A stretch of 64,000 nucleotides of DNA, taken from NCBI GenBank assembly GCA_030158675.1, contig JAOASL010000033.1:17160-81159 (forward strand), written 5' to 3'. Below are positions 8,826 to 18,176 of this stretch, in pieces; the stretch's first letter is position 1, and each line of letters opens with the position of its first letter. The position numbers and the translations under genes are program-made. The notes under the pieces are model-generated. The model did not search any database, had not been told where the DNA came from, and was given only the letters and a program-made list of their open reading frames with translations. This DNA is from Burkholderiaceae bacterium. Lineage in GTDB: Bacteria; Pseudomonadota; Gammaproteobacteria; Burkholderiales; Burkholderiaceae_D.

Positions 8826-10190
8826 TCATTCCGACAGCAGTATCGGCACTTTCCCGCATTCCGCCATACCCCACAGCGTTGCGAACGCACGCTCCATCTC
8901 CGCTTCCGAAGCGGCGGCACCGAAGGCCGCCAGCCGCAGCGCCTTGTCTTCCAACTCGCGACGCGTCAGCGTATTGCCCGGGTCGCCCTTGGGCTCGTCA
9001 ACACGCGCGTGCAACACACGGCCGTCGCGCGTGTGCACGGTGACCTTACCGATCCAGCGGGCCGGATAGGCAGCGTCGACTTCTTCGTCCAGCGCCATTT
9101 TCACGCGCACCCGGAAATCCGCCACGTCCGGATCACGATAATGCTGCTCGAATTCGTTGACGCCGGCGGCGCCTTCAATGGCGATCAGGCCGAGCACGGT
9201 GCCCATGGAGAATTTGCCCTGATGAACCGTCTGCGGATCCACCACCGGACCCAGCACGTCAATCGCGCCCTGATGCACATGCGTAATGACTTCGACGATA
9301 TCTGCCGGCTTCAGTGCATGCTCTTTCATCGCCTTCTGCAACGCGTCTGCGGCCGGATGCGTATGCCGGCAACTGGCGTGGAATTTGAACGAGGTCTCGA
9401 TCGTCGCCCAGCGTTCGCCAAGCCGGTCAGTCAGTGCGGCCGGGTTCGCCTGTTCCGACATGCCGGCGGCCATGCCCTGCTTGCCCTCAAGGATCTGCTT
9501 GGCGCCAGTGAAACCCTTCTCTGCCAGCAGCGCGGCCAGCAGGCCATCGGAGGCTGCCTTCGCGGTGTGCAGCTGTTTCGAATCGGCCGCGTCGCGCAGG
9601 AATTCCCACAGGCCGGCGGCCTGCGTGCCGGCCGAGCCGATCGCATCGAGCATCTGTCGTGCGTCCAGGCCGATCAGGCGCCCCACCGCCACTGCGGCCG
9701 CGACCGTGCCGACGGTGCCCGTGGTGTGAAATATCTTGTAGTGCGAACGGCCGAGGAACTCGCCGATGCGGATGCCTGCTTCATAACCCGCGACCGATGC
9801 CGTCAGCAGGTCTTTGCCAGACAGGCCGCGGTCCTGAGCCATTGCGAGCACCGCCGGGAAAATTACCGTGGCCGGATGAAACACCGAACCATTGTGCACA
9901 TCATCCTGCTCCGCGTAGTGCGACGCCGCGCCGTTGACCATCGCAGCGAACAGCGGCGAGGTCTTGCGGCGCGAGATCAGGACTTCGGCGCCACCCTGCT
10001 GCGGCCCTTGCTCGCGCGCGAGCGCCTCAATGGCCTGCACCGGCCGGCCGGCCTTGCCTGCCAGCGCCGAACCGAACCAGTCGAGCAACAGATCTTCGGT
10101 GCGGCGCAGCACCGGTGCGGGAATATCCTCGTAGCGCAGGTTGGCCGCGAAGGCGGCGAGTTGCGCGCCGGGTGCAATCGTATCTTTCAT
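8826..10190 (-). CDS. MmgE/PrpD family protein (2-methylcitrate-dehydratase-like)
   Basis: ORF 8826..10202 trimmed to the ATG at 10190, which has GGAGA 5 nt upstream. N-terminus MKDTIAPGAQLAAFAANLRYEDIPAPVLRRTEDLLLDWFGSALAG is characteristic of the family. Confidence 0.88.
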   Translation of the reverse strand: MKDTIAPGAQLAAFAANLRYEDIPAPVLRRTEDLLLDWFGSALAGKAGRPVQAIEALAREQGPQQGGAEVLISRRKTSPLFAAMVNGAASHYAEQDDVHNGSVFHPATVIFPAVLAMAQDRGLSGKDLLTASVAGYEAGIRIGEFLGRSHYKIFHTTGTVGTVAAAVAVGRLIGLDARQMLDAIGSAGTQAAGLWEFLRDAADSKQLHTAKAASDGLLAALLAEKGFTGAKQILEGKQGMAAGMSEQANPAALTDRLGERWATIETSFKFHASCRHTHPAADALQKAMKEHALKPADIVEVITHVHQGAIDVLGPVVDPQTVHQGKFSMGTVLGLIAIEGAAGVNEFEQHYRDPDVADFRVRVKMALDEEVDAAYPARWIGKVTVHTRDGRVLHARVDEPKGDPGNTLTRRELEDKALRLAAFGAAASEAEMERAFATLWGMAECGKVPILLSE

Positions 10191-10217
10191 CACGGTCTCC
10201 ATTAGCCAGGGTTCGCG

Positions 10218-11375
10218 TCAGAACGAACGGGGCATCCCGAGCACATGCTCGGCGATGTAAGAGAGAATCAGATTGGTCGAGATCGGCGCCACCTGATACA
10301 GCCGGGTCTCGCGAAACTTGCGCTCGACATCGTATTCAGACGCAAAGCCGAAGCCGCCGTGGTACTGCAGGCAGGCGTTGGCGGCTTCCCATGATGCGTC
10401 GGCGGCCAGCATTTTTGCCATGTTCGCTTCAGCACCGCAAGGCAGGCCGGCATCGAACAATTCGCAGGCCTTGTAGCGCATCAGGCTGGCCGCCTCGATG
10501 TTCACGTAAGCCTTCGCGATCGGGAACTGCACTCCCTGGTTCTGGCCGATGGGCCGGCCGAACACGATGCGCTCGTTCACGTATTTCGTGACCTTGTCGA
10601 TGAACCAGTAGCCGTCGCCGATGCATTCCGCTGCGATCAGCGCGCGCTCCGCATTCAGGCCGTCGAGGATGTATTTGAAGCCCTTGCCTTCCTCGCCGAT
10701 CAGGTTCTCGACGGGAATCTCCAGGTTCTCGAAAAACAGCTCATTGGTCTCGTGGTTCACCATGTTGCGGATCGGCCGAACCTCCAGTCCCTTGCCGATC
10801 GCTTCGCGCAAGTCGACGATGAAAATCGACATGCCCTCGGATTTCTTTTTCACCTCGGCCAGCGGCGTGGTACGCGCCAGCAGGATCATCAGGTCCGAAT
10901 GCTGGATGCGCGAAATCCAGACTTTCTGACCGTTGACCACATAGCGATCGCCCTGCTTCACGGCGGTCGTCTTGATTTTCGTCGTATCGGTGCCGGTGGT
11001 CGGCTCGGTCACGCCCATCGACTGCAGGCGCAGCTCACCGCGCGCAATCTTCGGCAGATAAAACGACTTCTGCTCCGCCGAGCCGTGACGCAGCAGCGTG
11101 CCCATGTTGTACATCTGGCCATGGCAGGCGCCCGAATTACCGCCGGCGCGATTGATCTCTTCCATGATCACCGAGGCCTCGACGAGGCCGAGGCCGGAGC
11201 CGCCATATTCCTGCGGGATCAGTGCAGCCAGCCAGCCCGCTTCGGTCAGCGCATTGACGAAAGCTTCCGGATAGCCGCGTTCGTCATCGATCTGCCGGAA
11301 ATAATCGGCGGGGAATTGCGCGCACAAAGCGCGCACGGCATCGCGGATGTCCTGATGGGCATCGATTGGGTTCAT
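10218..11375 (-). CDS. Acyl-CoA dehydrogenase family protein
   Basis: 385 aa. C-terminal helical domain ending GGFGFASEYDVERKFRETRLYQVAPISTNLILSYIAEHVLG is typical of ACADs. Confidence 0.92.
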   Translation of the reverse strand: MNPIDAHQDIRDAVRALCAQFPADYFRQIDDERGYPEAFVNALTEAGWLAALIPQEYGGSGLGLVEASVIMEEINRAGGNSGACHGQMYNMGTLLRHGSAEQKSFYLPKIARGELRLQSMGVTEPTTGTDTTKIKTTAVKQGDRYVVNGQKVWISRIQHSDLMILLARTTPLAEVKKKSEGMSIFIVDLREAIGKGLEVRPIRNMVNHETNELFFENLEIPVENLIGEEGKGFKYILDGLNAERALIAAECIGDGYWFIDKVTKYVNERIVFGRPIGQNQGVQFPIAKAYVNIEAASLMRYKACELFDAGLPCGAEANMAKMLAADASWEAANACLQYHGGFGFASEYDVERKFRETRLYQVAPISTNLILSYIAEHVLGMPRSF

Positions 11376-11531
11376 TTGGGTAATCCAATGGCTGAGACGG
11401 CTGCCGCACGCGGCGCCATCGGTGGTTTGCAGACGGTGAGGCGAGTTTGAAGGAATGCCCGGGCACGGGCAATTCGCGAGTTTTTAGGCTCGTGTTGAAG
11501 GAGATTTAACCCTGCCGCTGAAGTAAATGCA

Positions 11532-11558
11532 GGAAAATCCGGCCCGCAGTCGGGCCGG
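11532..11558 (-). terminator. Rho-independent terminator after the LysR gene
   Basis: On the minus strand, CCGGCCCG-ACTG-CGGGCCGG followed by ATTTTCC, 13 nt downstream of the LysR stop. Confidence 0.6.
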
Positions 11559-11570
11559 AACGGCGCAGCA

Positions 11571-12476
11571 TCAGGCAGCGACCCGGGTCTCGGCGGTCAG
11601 CAGTTCGACCAGCTCGCGCGCGAACAAGGGCAGCGCCTGCAGGTTGCGCACGCAGATCTGCAACCTGCGCACCGCCCATTCATCGGTGATCTCGACGCAG
11701 CGGATGTTCATGCTTTGCGCGTGGCGCGCAGCGGATGAATACGGCACCACGCCGATACCGACGTTGGATTCGACCATCCTGCAGGCCGCTTCAAAATTGC
11801 CGACCTGAATGCGGATCTTGATCTGCCGGTTCAGCTCGTTGGCCGCCTGCGCCAGGAAGGCGTGAATGGCGCTGGCTTCCACCATGCCGACGAAGTCGTA
11901 GGCCAGTGCTTCGCCGAATTCAATCTGGGCGCGTGAGGCCAGCGGGTGCGATTCGGATGTAACGAGCACCAGCCGGTCCTCGCGAAACGGCAGCACTTCC
12001 AGTCCTTCGGTGCGCACATTGCCGGCGACGATGCCGACATCGACCTTGCCTTCGCTGACGGCACGCACGATGTCATTCGACATGCGCTCCTTCAGCTCGA
12101 TATTCACGTCAGGATGGCTTGCAAGGAAGGCCGGCAGCAACGCCGGCAGATACTCGGCCATGGCGGTGGTATTGGCGAAAATCCGCACATGCCCGCGCGC
12201 GCCTTTCACATACTCGGCCAGGTCGCCACGCAAGTCGGTTAGCTGTTGCAGCACCAGTCGCGCATGGTGCATGAACGCCTGCCCCGGCGGCGTCAGCGTC
12301 ACCCCCTGGCTGGTGCGGTACAACAGCTTGACGCCCAGCCCTTCTTCGAGGTTCTTGATCCGGATGGATGCCGCCGGCAGCGACATGTGGGACCTCTCCG
12401 CGCCGCGGGTCAGGCTGTTGGCCTCCGCGATGTTTACGAAAAGCTTGATGTCCGGGAGGTCGAAATGTGCAGCCAT
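11571..12476 (-). CDS. LysR family transcriptional regulator
   Basis: N-terminal wHTH (LFVNIAEANSLTRGAERSHMSLPAASIRIKNLEEGLGVKLLYRTSQGVTLTPPG) followed by a LysR substrate-binding domain. Confidence 0.93.
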   Translation of the reverse strand: MAAHFDLPDIKLFVNIAEANSLTRGAERSHMSLPAASIRIKNLEEGLGVKLLYRTSQGVTLTPPGQAFMHHARLVLQQLTDLRGDLAEYVKGARGHVRIFANTTAMAEYLPALLPAFLASHPDVNIELKERMSNDIVRAVSEGKVDVGIVAGNVRTEGLEVLPFREDRLVLVTSESHPLASRAQIEFGEALAYDFVGMVEASAIHAFLAQAANELNRQIKIRIQVGNFEAACRMVESNVGIGVVPYSSAARHAQSMNIRCVEITDEWAVRRLQICVRNLQALPLFARELVELLTAETRVAA

Positions 12477-12605
12477 ACGAATATCACCTGTTTCTTGTCT
12501 CTTTGGCGTCTCTGAAAAAACGCCTCTTGCGCCGTTGCGCTGCTTGCGATACGAACTGCGCTACCTGCGACGGCACAACTGGCCAGTGCAGTTTTTCAAA
12601 GCGCT

Positions 12606-13823
12606 CTAGCCGAAAATCGGGAATTTGGCGAAATCACTGTACAGCAGCGATTTGCTGTCGCGGTATTCCAGCCAGTCCTCGATCAGGGTCGCATAGACGC
12701 GCCTGAAATCAGTCGTAAAACGAAGGTTACCACCTTCGTCGAGGTCGGTAAGCGAAGGCGCGTCGCCGTAATGGCCGCCGGCGATCTGTTTTCCGATCAC
12801 GTACATGTGGTTTGCCGTGCCGTGGTCGGTACCGAGGCTGGTGTTTTCAGCGGCACGACGTCCGAACTCGGAGAACACCAGCACCGTCACGTCATCGGCG
12901 CGACCAATACGCTGCATGTCCTTCATGAATCCGGCGATCCCGTCCGACACATACGACAGCAGACGGCTGTGCTGCTCGTTCTGCTGCACATGCGTATCGA
13001 AAGCATTGTGGCGGTAAGACACATAAAACAGTCGTGACGACAGGCCGGCATGGATCATTGCCGCGACCTTCGGCAGGTCGACCGGGAGGATGCCGTAGTC
13101 AATCGGGGTACGGTAATTGTCCCAGGCCGCACGCACCAGCTGGGATGCTTCACGCGCGCTTTGGGCCACCTCGTCAAGAAACTTGCGTGACGCGTTCGCA
13201 CCGCTTGCGGCAGCCGGATTGTCGAGCAGCGCACGACTCTGCAACAGCCCCTTGCGCGAGAAGCGGTCAGGATTGTCGAACACCACCGGCACGTGATGCG
13301 CGGCGCGTACGGCAAGCGACTGCCGCTCGTCGATGTTGACCAGGAAATTCGGCGTCAGCGCCGGATCGATCGCATCCGCCACGCGCCCCAGCCAGCCGTA
13401 GGGCTCGCCGCCATTCGGCACACCAGTGTGCCAATACGCCGCCGACGTGAAATGCGAAAACGACGGCTGCTCATAACCACAGCCATGCACGATGGCCATC
13501 TGACCGTCCTTGTACAGCTGCTCGAAGCCCGACAGGCTCGGATTGAAACCGTACATGTCATCGATCTTGCGCACCTTGTCAGCGCGGATGCCGATACGAG
13601 GACGCAGGCCGTAATACGCATCGTCGCCGTACGGCACCAGCGTGTTCAGGCCGTCATTGGCGCCGGTCAGTTCGACGATGACGAGGATACGCTTGCTGCC
13701 AGCGCCTTTGGTGTCGTCCGCGTGCGCCGGGGCCAGCGGCAGTCCGGCAGTCAGGCCAGCGGCGCCAAGCGCCTTGAGCAGGTCGCGGCGACCTTGATTG
13801 ATGTGTGCGTGGTCCATGTTCAT
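12606..13823 (-). CDS. DUF1501 domain protein (Tat-exported, sulfatase/alkaline-phosphatase-like fold)
   Basis: Twin-arginine signal (NQGRRDLLKALGAAGLTAGLPLAPAHA). C-terminal SLGTDHGTANHMYVIG motif is typical of DUF1501. The start overlaps the upstream stop (ATGA at 13820..13823). Confidence 0.85.
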   Translation of the reverse strand: MNMDHAHINQGRRDLLKALGAAGLTAGLPLAPAHADDTKGAGSKRILVIVELTGANDGLNTLVPYGDDAYYGLRPRIGIRADKVRKIDDMYGFNPSLSGFEQLYKDGQMAIVHGCGYEQPSFSHFTSAAYWHTGVPNGGEPYGWLGRVADAIDPALTPNFLVNIDERQSLAVRAAHHVPVVFDNPDRFSRKGLLQSRALLDNPAAASGANASRKFLDEVAQSAREASQLVRAAWDNYRTPIDYGILPVDLPKVAAMIHAGLSSRLFYVSYRHNAFDTHVQQNEQHSRLLSYVSDGIAGFMKDMQRIGRADDVTVLVFSEFGRRAAENTSLGTDHGTANHMYVIGKQIAGGHYGDAPSLTDLDEGGNLRFTTDFRRVYATLIEDWLEYRDSKSLLYSDFAKFPIFG

Positions 13824-15619
13824 CCCAACTGGTAGGCAGGCAGCGACAGGATCACGTGCAGCGTATTGCGCAACGCATCTTCCATGTAGCTGTCGGCGCG
13901 TTTCAGGTCGGCGGTGCCGAGGTCGGCCTCGAGCAGAGCCGCAAGTTTCGTGCGGGTGGCGCTGTCAATCGGCATCGACAGAAAGCGCGCCAGCAGATGG
14001 TCAACCGCCTGCTGCGCAGTCTGGCAACCGGCATCACGCACCAGCCTGGCCATGTCGAGCTGCGCGGTCGCGCGCGGAATCGGCCGCACCTTCTCGATCG
14101 CCTTGCGCCATGCGTTGTAGCTTGCCAGGCGGGTGTTGAAGTCTTCGTCACGGTCGTTCTGCATCGACATCGACGTCACGTCCTTGCCGTCCGGCTTGGT
14201 CGCGGCCGTCACATCCTTGCCCATTGCCAGCTTGTCGGCCACTGGCACGATGCCATAACGGTCGTCAGGCACGCGGTCATTGGCGACGAAATCGATCGGC
14301 GGGAATACGGTGTCATACACGAAGTTGCCGCGCACCAGCAGCAGTCCCGGCGTGATCCAGCTCTTGCCGCCGGCCCAGCCGGCCACGTTGGGCGGAAACA
14401 GCAGTTTTTGCCCCATCGAATCGGTCAGGTCATTGAAGTCAGGTATGCCCGGGATCTCGGTCAGGCCCATCTTGCGGTAGGTTGACACCACCAGCTCGAC
14501 TGGCGGCTTGATACGGTTGCCCACCGACGCGTCGCTGTAGAAGTCGCGCGACATGAACAGCGTCTCGAGGAAAGACCCGATCTCGTAGCGGTTGTCGCGC
14601 AGCAGCTTGCCGAGCTTGATGCGCATCTCCGGCGAGACTTCTTCGCGCACGAAATAACGATACAGCTTGGACGCGATGTACTCGGCCGTCACCGGCTGCG
14701 CGAGGATGATGTCGATTACCTGTACGCCGTCGAAATTGCCGCTGATGCCAAGCACGGTTTTTGCGCCGTTGTCGTGCTTGTCCGGGTTCATGACGAACTT
14801 CAGGCCGTTGAAATTCCAGCCGGTGAAGGCACGCGCTGCCTCGCGAATATCTTCTTCGCTGTAGTTGCCCACGCCCATGGTGAACAGCTCCATGATTTCG
14901 CGCGCGAAGTTTTCGTTCGGCGCGCCCTTCACGTTCACGGCAGCGTCCAGATAAGCGAGCATCGCCGGATCTTGTGCGACGGCGATCAGCAAGTCGCGGA
15001 AGTTGCCGGTCGCCTTATCGCGCAGCAGCTGGTTCTGGATCAGCATCTTGCGATAGTCACGCACCTTCTCGTCGCTGCTGGCAAAGTGACCGTGCCAGAA
15101 CAGCGTCATTTTTTCTTCCAGCGGACGCTTGGTCACCAGCATCCGGTTGGCCCACCAGTAGGCGATGCGCTGCGATTCCAGCTTGGTTGCGCGCAGCCAG
15201 TAGAGGAAGCGGTCGGCGACCTGCTGCAGCTTGCGGTTGCCTTCGGGCTTGGACTTCACGCCGAGCGCTTCGCCGGTCTCCTTCGCCTGATCGGTGGCCG
15301 CGGGCCGCGACGGCACGAACGGATCGAGGCCCGGGTCGAACGCGCCGGACTCCTGAAAAAGCGGCAGCGGATTGTTCACCGTCTTGTAACGCACCAGCGT
15401 CTGCACCGCATCGCGCGGCGACATCGACGCGAACTGCGCCACCTCGGTCGGCGAGCCGCCGAAGCCTGCGCGCTCGAGCAGGTGCGCCGCCCGCGCGCGG
15501 CTCCACTGCGCGGCCGGCAAGGGCTCCAGGCTGTCGATCCAGGCAGCAGGAGCCGCATGAGCGACTGCCGTCGCGCCAAGAACGAGCAGGCCGATAAGTA
15601 GTTTTTTCAGGGGTCTCAT
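13820..15619 (-). CDS. DUF1800 domain protein (secreted)
   Basis: ORF 13820..15847 trimmed to the ATG at 15619. Signal peptide MRPLKKLLIGLLVLGATAVAHA. Has an FWHGHFASS motif as in DUF1800 and is always-paired-type neighbour of DUF1501. Confidence 0.8.
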   Translation of the reverse strand: MRPLKKLLIGLLVLGATAVAHAAPAAWIDSLEPLPAAQWSRARAAHLLERAGFGGSPTEVAQFASMSPRDAVQTLVRYKTVNNPLPLFQESGAFDPGLDPFVPSRPAATDQAKETGEALGVKSKPEGNRKLQQVADRFLYWLRATKLESQRIAYWWANRMLVTKRPLEEKMTLFWHGHFASSDEKVRDYRKMLIQNQLLRDKATGNFRDLLIAVAQDPAMLAYLDAAVNVKGAPNENFAREIMELFTMGVGNYSEEDIREAARAFTGWNFNGLKFVMNPDKHDNGAKTVLGISGNFDGVQVIDIILAQPVTAEYIASKLYRYFVREEVSPEMRIKLGKLLRDNRYEIGSFLETLFMSRDFYSDASVGNRIKPPVELVVSTYRKMGLTEIPGIPDFNDLTDSMGQKLLFPPNVAGWAGGKSWITPGLLLVRGNFVYDTVFPPIDFVANDRVPDDRYGIVPVADKLAMGKDVTAATKPDGKDVTSMSMQNDRDEDFNTRLASYNAWRKAIEKVRPIPRATAQLDMARLVRDAGCQTAQQAVDHLLARFLSMPIDSATRTKLAALLEADLGTADLKRADSYMEDALRNTLHVILSLPAYQLG

Positions 15620-15807
15620 GATTCTCTCTCCCGCAACCCGCATCGCAGGAATGGTTAAGCCGGCGAGCGGCCTGTTTAATATTGCCTTTTTAAGAACGCC
15701 GGATTTGGGGCGACGCTCCCTGAGGGGCTTGTTAAATTTTTTGGAACCGCAGTCTAGGACGCAGATGGTATGTTCGCAATACAGCAATTCATGAATCCTG
15801 CTCTGGC

Positions 15808-16860
15808 GTGAGCGACAAAATAACAAAAAAGCGGCTATTGGGGACACTTATCGCTGCGCTGCCAACTTTAGCGTTCGGCGCCACCGGCAAGTTGTACGGC
15901 ATCCTCGACGAAGGACTGGTCGGCGGATTCGATCAGCACGTCCCTGCGTCCGCGGCAGACATCCGGCACAACTGGGGCAAGGGCAACGGCAGTGGCTTCC
16001 GTACGAATTTTACCTCTCGTATCGGTTATGAATCGTATGAACGCATCTCGAATGATCTCCAAGTCGAGGCGCGCGTCGAAAGCACACTTGATCCGGAGTC
16101 CAGATTTGCGTTTGACCGCCATGCATACATCGGCCTGAACTCACGCTACGGCACGCTGCGAATCGGCCGCACGCGCGACCTGATCAATGGCATTGCCAGT
16201 CGCATGGATCCATTCGTCAACGACGGACTGGTGCAGGACAAAATCCTCATCGCACAGCATGCCAGCATCGGCCTGTATCGCATCTCGCGCTCATTCACCT
16301 ATATCTCGCCGAAATTCAGTGGATTGCAGTTCAGCGCGCAGTACGGCATGCGCAAGAGCGAGCTCGACAGCAGTTCGCTGAAACTACTGCTGACCTATGA
16401 CCAGGGCAACTGGGGCTGGCATGCCGGCATCGATCAGCCGTCGCGCGATCACTATGCCAATGGCAGCAGTGCGGTCGTCTATCACTACGGTCCGCGCGCG
16501 CGCAACATCATCGTCGGCGCGCTGCGGGACTTCGGCGTCGCAAAATTTTCCGCCGAACTGCTGCACTCCACGCGCGACATGGAAGGCAACAACGTGGACC
16601 CGGCACTGCCGCGCCCGAATGCCAGCCCGTGGGGAATGATCGCGACCCTGCGCGTCCCCGTCACTGCAGGCGAGCTCAAGTTCGTGCTGGTCGAAAGCGA
16701 GCAGGTATTCAACAAATACGGCACCTGGCAGCCGATCCGCGAGATAGGCTTCGGCTACGAACATTTTCTGTCAAAAGACACGGTGCTCTACCTTCAGCTC
16801 GGCCACGAGCAGCGCTCCGGCGCCGGCCACTGGCACAGCGGGATCTGGAAGCGCTTTTAA
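15808..16860 (+). CDS. Gram-negative porin (OmpC/Omp32-like)
   Basis: GTG start with no in-frame ATG nearby. Signal peptide ending LAFG. KLYGILDEGL N-terminal strand, alternating beta pattern and C-terminal aromatic residue (WKRF). Confidence 0.8.
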   Translation: MSDKITKKRLLGTLIAALPTLAFGATGKLYGILDEGLVGGFDQHVPASAADIRHNWGKGNGSGFRTNFTSRIGYESYERISNDLQVEARVESTLDPESRFAFDRHAYIGLNSRYGTLRIGRTRDLINGIASRMDPFVNDGLVQDKILIAQHASIGLYRISRSFTYISPKFSGLQFSAQYGMRKSELDSSSLKLLLTYDQGNWGWHAGIDQPSRDHYANGSSAVVYHYGPRARNIIVGALRDFGVAKFSAELLHSTRDMEGNNVDPALPRPNASPWGMIATLRVPVTAGELKFVLVESEQVFNKYGTWQPIREIGFGYEHFLSKDTVLYLQLGHEQRSGAGHWHSGIWKRF

Positions 16861-16953
16861 TATTTGAGCGGATGTGCGGCTCGCAAGGAGCATGCAGAGC
16901 ATTCGGATTCCCGGCACAATCCGGGAAAATAATTATCGTCCCGGAGATCGCAA

Positions 16954-18033
16954 ATGACTCTTTCCAGAATTTCGCGCCGCGGCATGGTCGCGGCCCTGCT
17001 GGCCATGGCCGGCGCCTCAGGTGTCGGATTGGTAACGGCAGAAGACACCGAACGCACCTTGCTCGACCGCGCGCTCGGCGTATTCAAACCACTGCCTGAT
17101 ACCGCGCATGTCGATGATTACCCGCACTCCGGTGCGCGTGTCGAGCTCGGCCGCAAGCTGTTCTTCGAGACCCGCGTGTCCACCGACGGCCGCACCAGCT
17201 GTGCCACCTGCCACAACCCGTCGTTCTACGGTACCGATGCGCTGCCGCGGTCCATCGGCGTGTTTGGCAAGAAGCTGCCGCGCAATGCGCACACCGTATT
17301 CAATACGCCGCTGCTGGTCGCGCAGCATTACGGCGGCAACCGGGTCTCCGTCGAAGAGCAGGCGATGAAGGCACTGACCAGTCCTTTTGCCTATGGCAAC
17401 AAAAGCCCCGAGGAAGCGGCTGAGAAACTACGCGCACTCGGATACCAGAAGCTCTTCGACGAGTCCTTCCCGAACGAGAAAGACGCGGTCTCGGCTGAAC
17501 ACTGGGGCGTGGCGATCGGTGCCTACGAGCGCACGCTGCTGACTCCGGCACCCTTCGACCGCTATCTGAAGGGGGATAGGCAGGCCATCAGCGCCGAGGC
17601 CAAGGTCGGCCTGGACAAGTTCATCAGCTACGGCTGCGCCGGCTGCCACAACGGCGCTACGGTCGGCGGCAACATGTTCCAGAAATTCGGCTTGACGGAG
17701 GATTACTGGAAAGCGACCGGCAGTGTCGAGATCCCGGAGCTGAAAGGCCGCGACAAGGGCAAATTCCATGACACCGGCAAAGAAGAAGATCAGTGGATCT
17801 TCAAGGTACCCCAGCTGCGTAATGTCGCGATGACGCCGCCCTATTTCCATGATGGGTCGGTGGCGACGCTCGGTGATGCGGTGCGCGTGATGGCACGGCT
17901 GCAGTTGGGCCGGCAATTGTCTGACGACGACGTGCAACACATCGTTGCCTTCCTCGAAACTCTGACCGGCGACGTGCCGGCCAACTTTGCCCAGGTGCCG
18001 CAGCTGCCGGTGGCAGCCTTCGCGGCGAAGTAA
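16954..18033 (+). CDS. Di-heme cytochrome c peroxidase (CCP/MauG family)
   Basis: GGAGA RBS. Two heme c sites, CATCHN and CAGCHNG, plus PPYFHDGS, the conserved CCP signature. Confidence 0.92.
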   Translation: MTLSRISRRGMVAALLAMAGASGVGLVTAEDTERTLLDRALGVFKPLPDTAHVDDYPHSGARVELGRKLFFETRVSTDGRTSCATCHNPSFYGTDALPRSIGVFGKKLPRNAHTVFNTPLLVAQHYGGNRVSVEEQAMKALTSPFAYGNKSPEEAAEKLRALGYQKLFDESFPNEKDAVSAEHWGVAIGAYERTLLTPAPFDRYLKGDRQAISAEAKVGLDKFISYGCAGCHNGATVGGNMFQKFGLTEDYWKATGSVEIPELKGRDKGKFHDTGKEEDQWIFKVPQLRNVAMTPPYFHDGSVATLGDAVRVMARLQLGRQLSDDDVQHIVAFLETLTGDVPANFAQVPQLPVAAFAAK

Positions 18034-18176
18034 GAAACTCGGCACGACGACTCGTTCACGGCACGGTGCGCAGCCGGCGCGCTGTGCCGTGCCGCTGCTC
18101 CCCGATGCTCACAGCGCAGCTCCCTGCGCTTTTCGGCTGCTTCTCGGCTGCTTTTTAGTCGCCTTTCAGTCGCCTC

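Noticed and set aside
9009-10205. 398-aa plus-strand ORF
   Set aside because: It is antisense to the MmgE/PrpD gene and is Arg-rich and low-complexity. This is a shadow ORF.
11430-11470. GGCAC-N5-ATTC resembling a sigma-54 promoter
   Set aside because: The downstream element deviates from TTGC. The orientation (plus strand) points into the 3' end of the LysR gene, so it has no sensible target.
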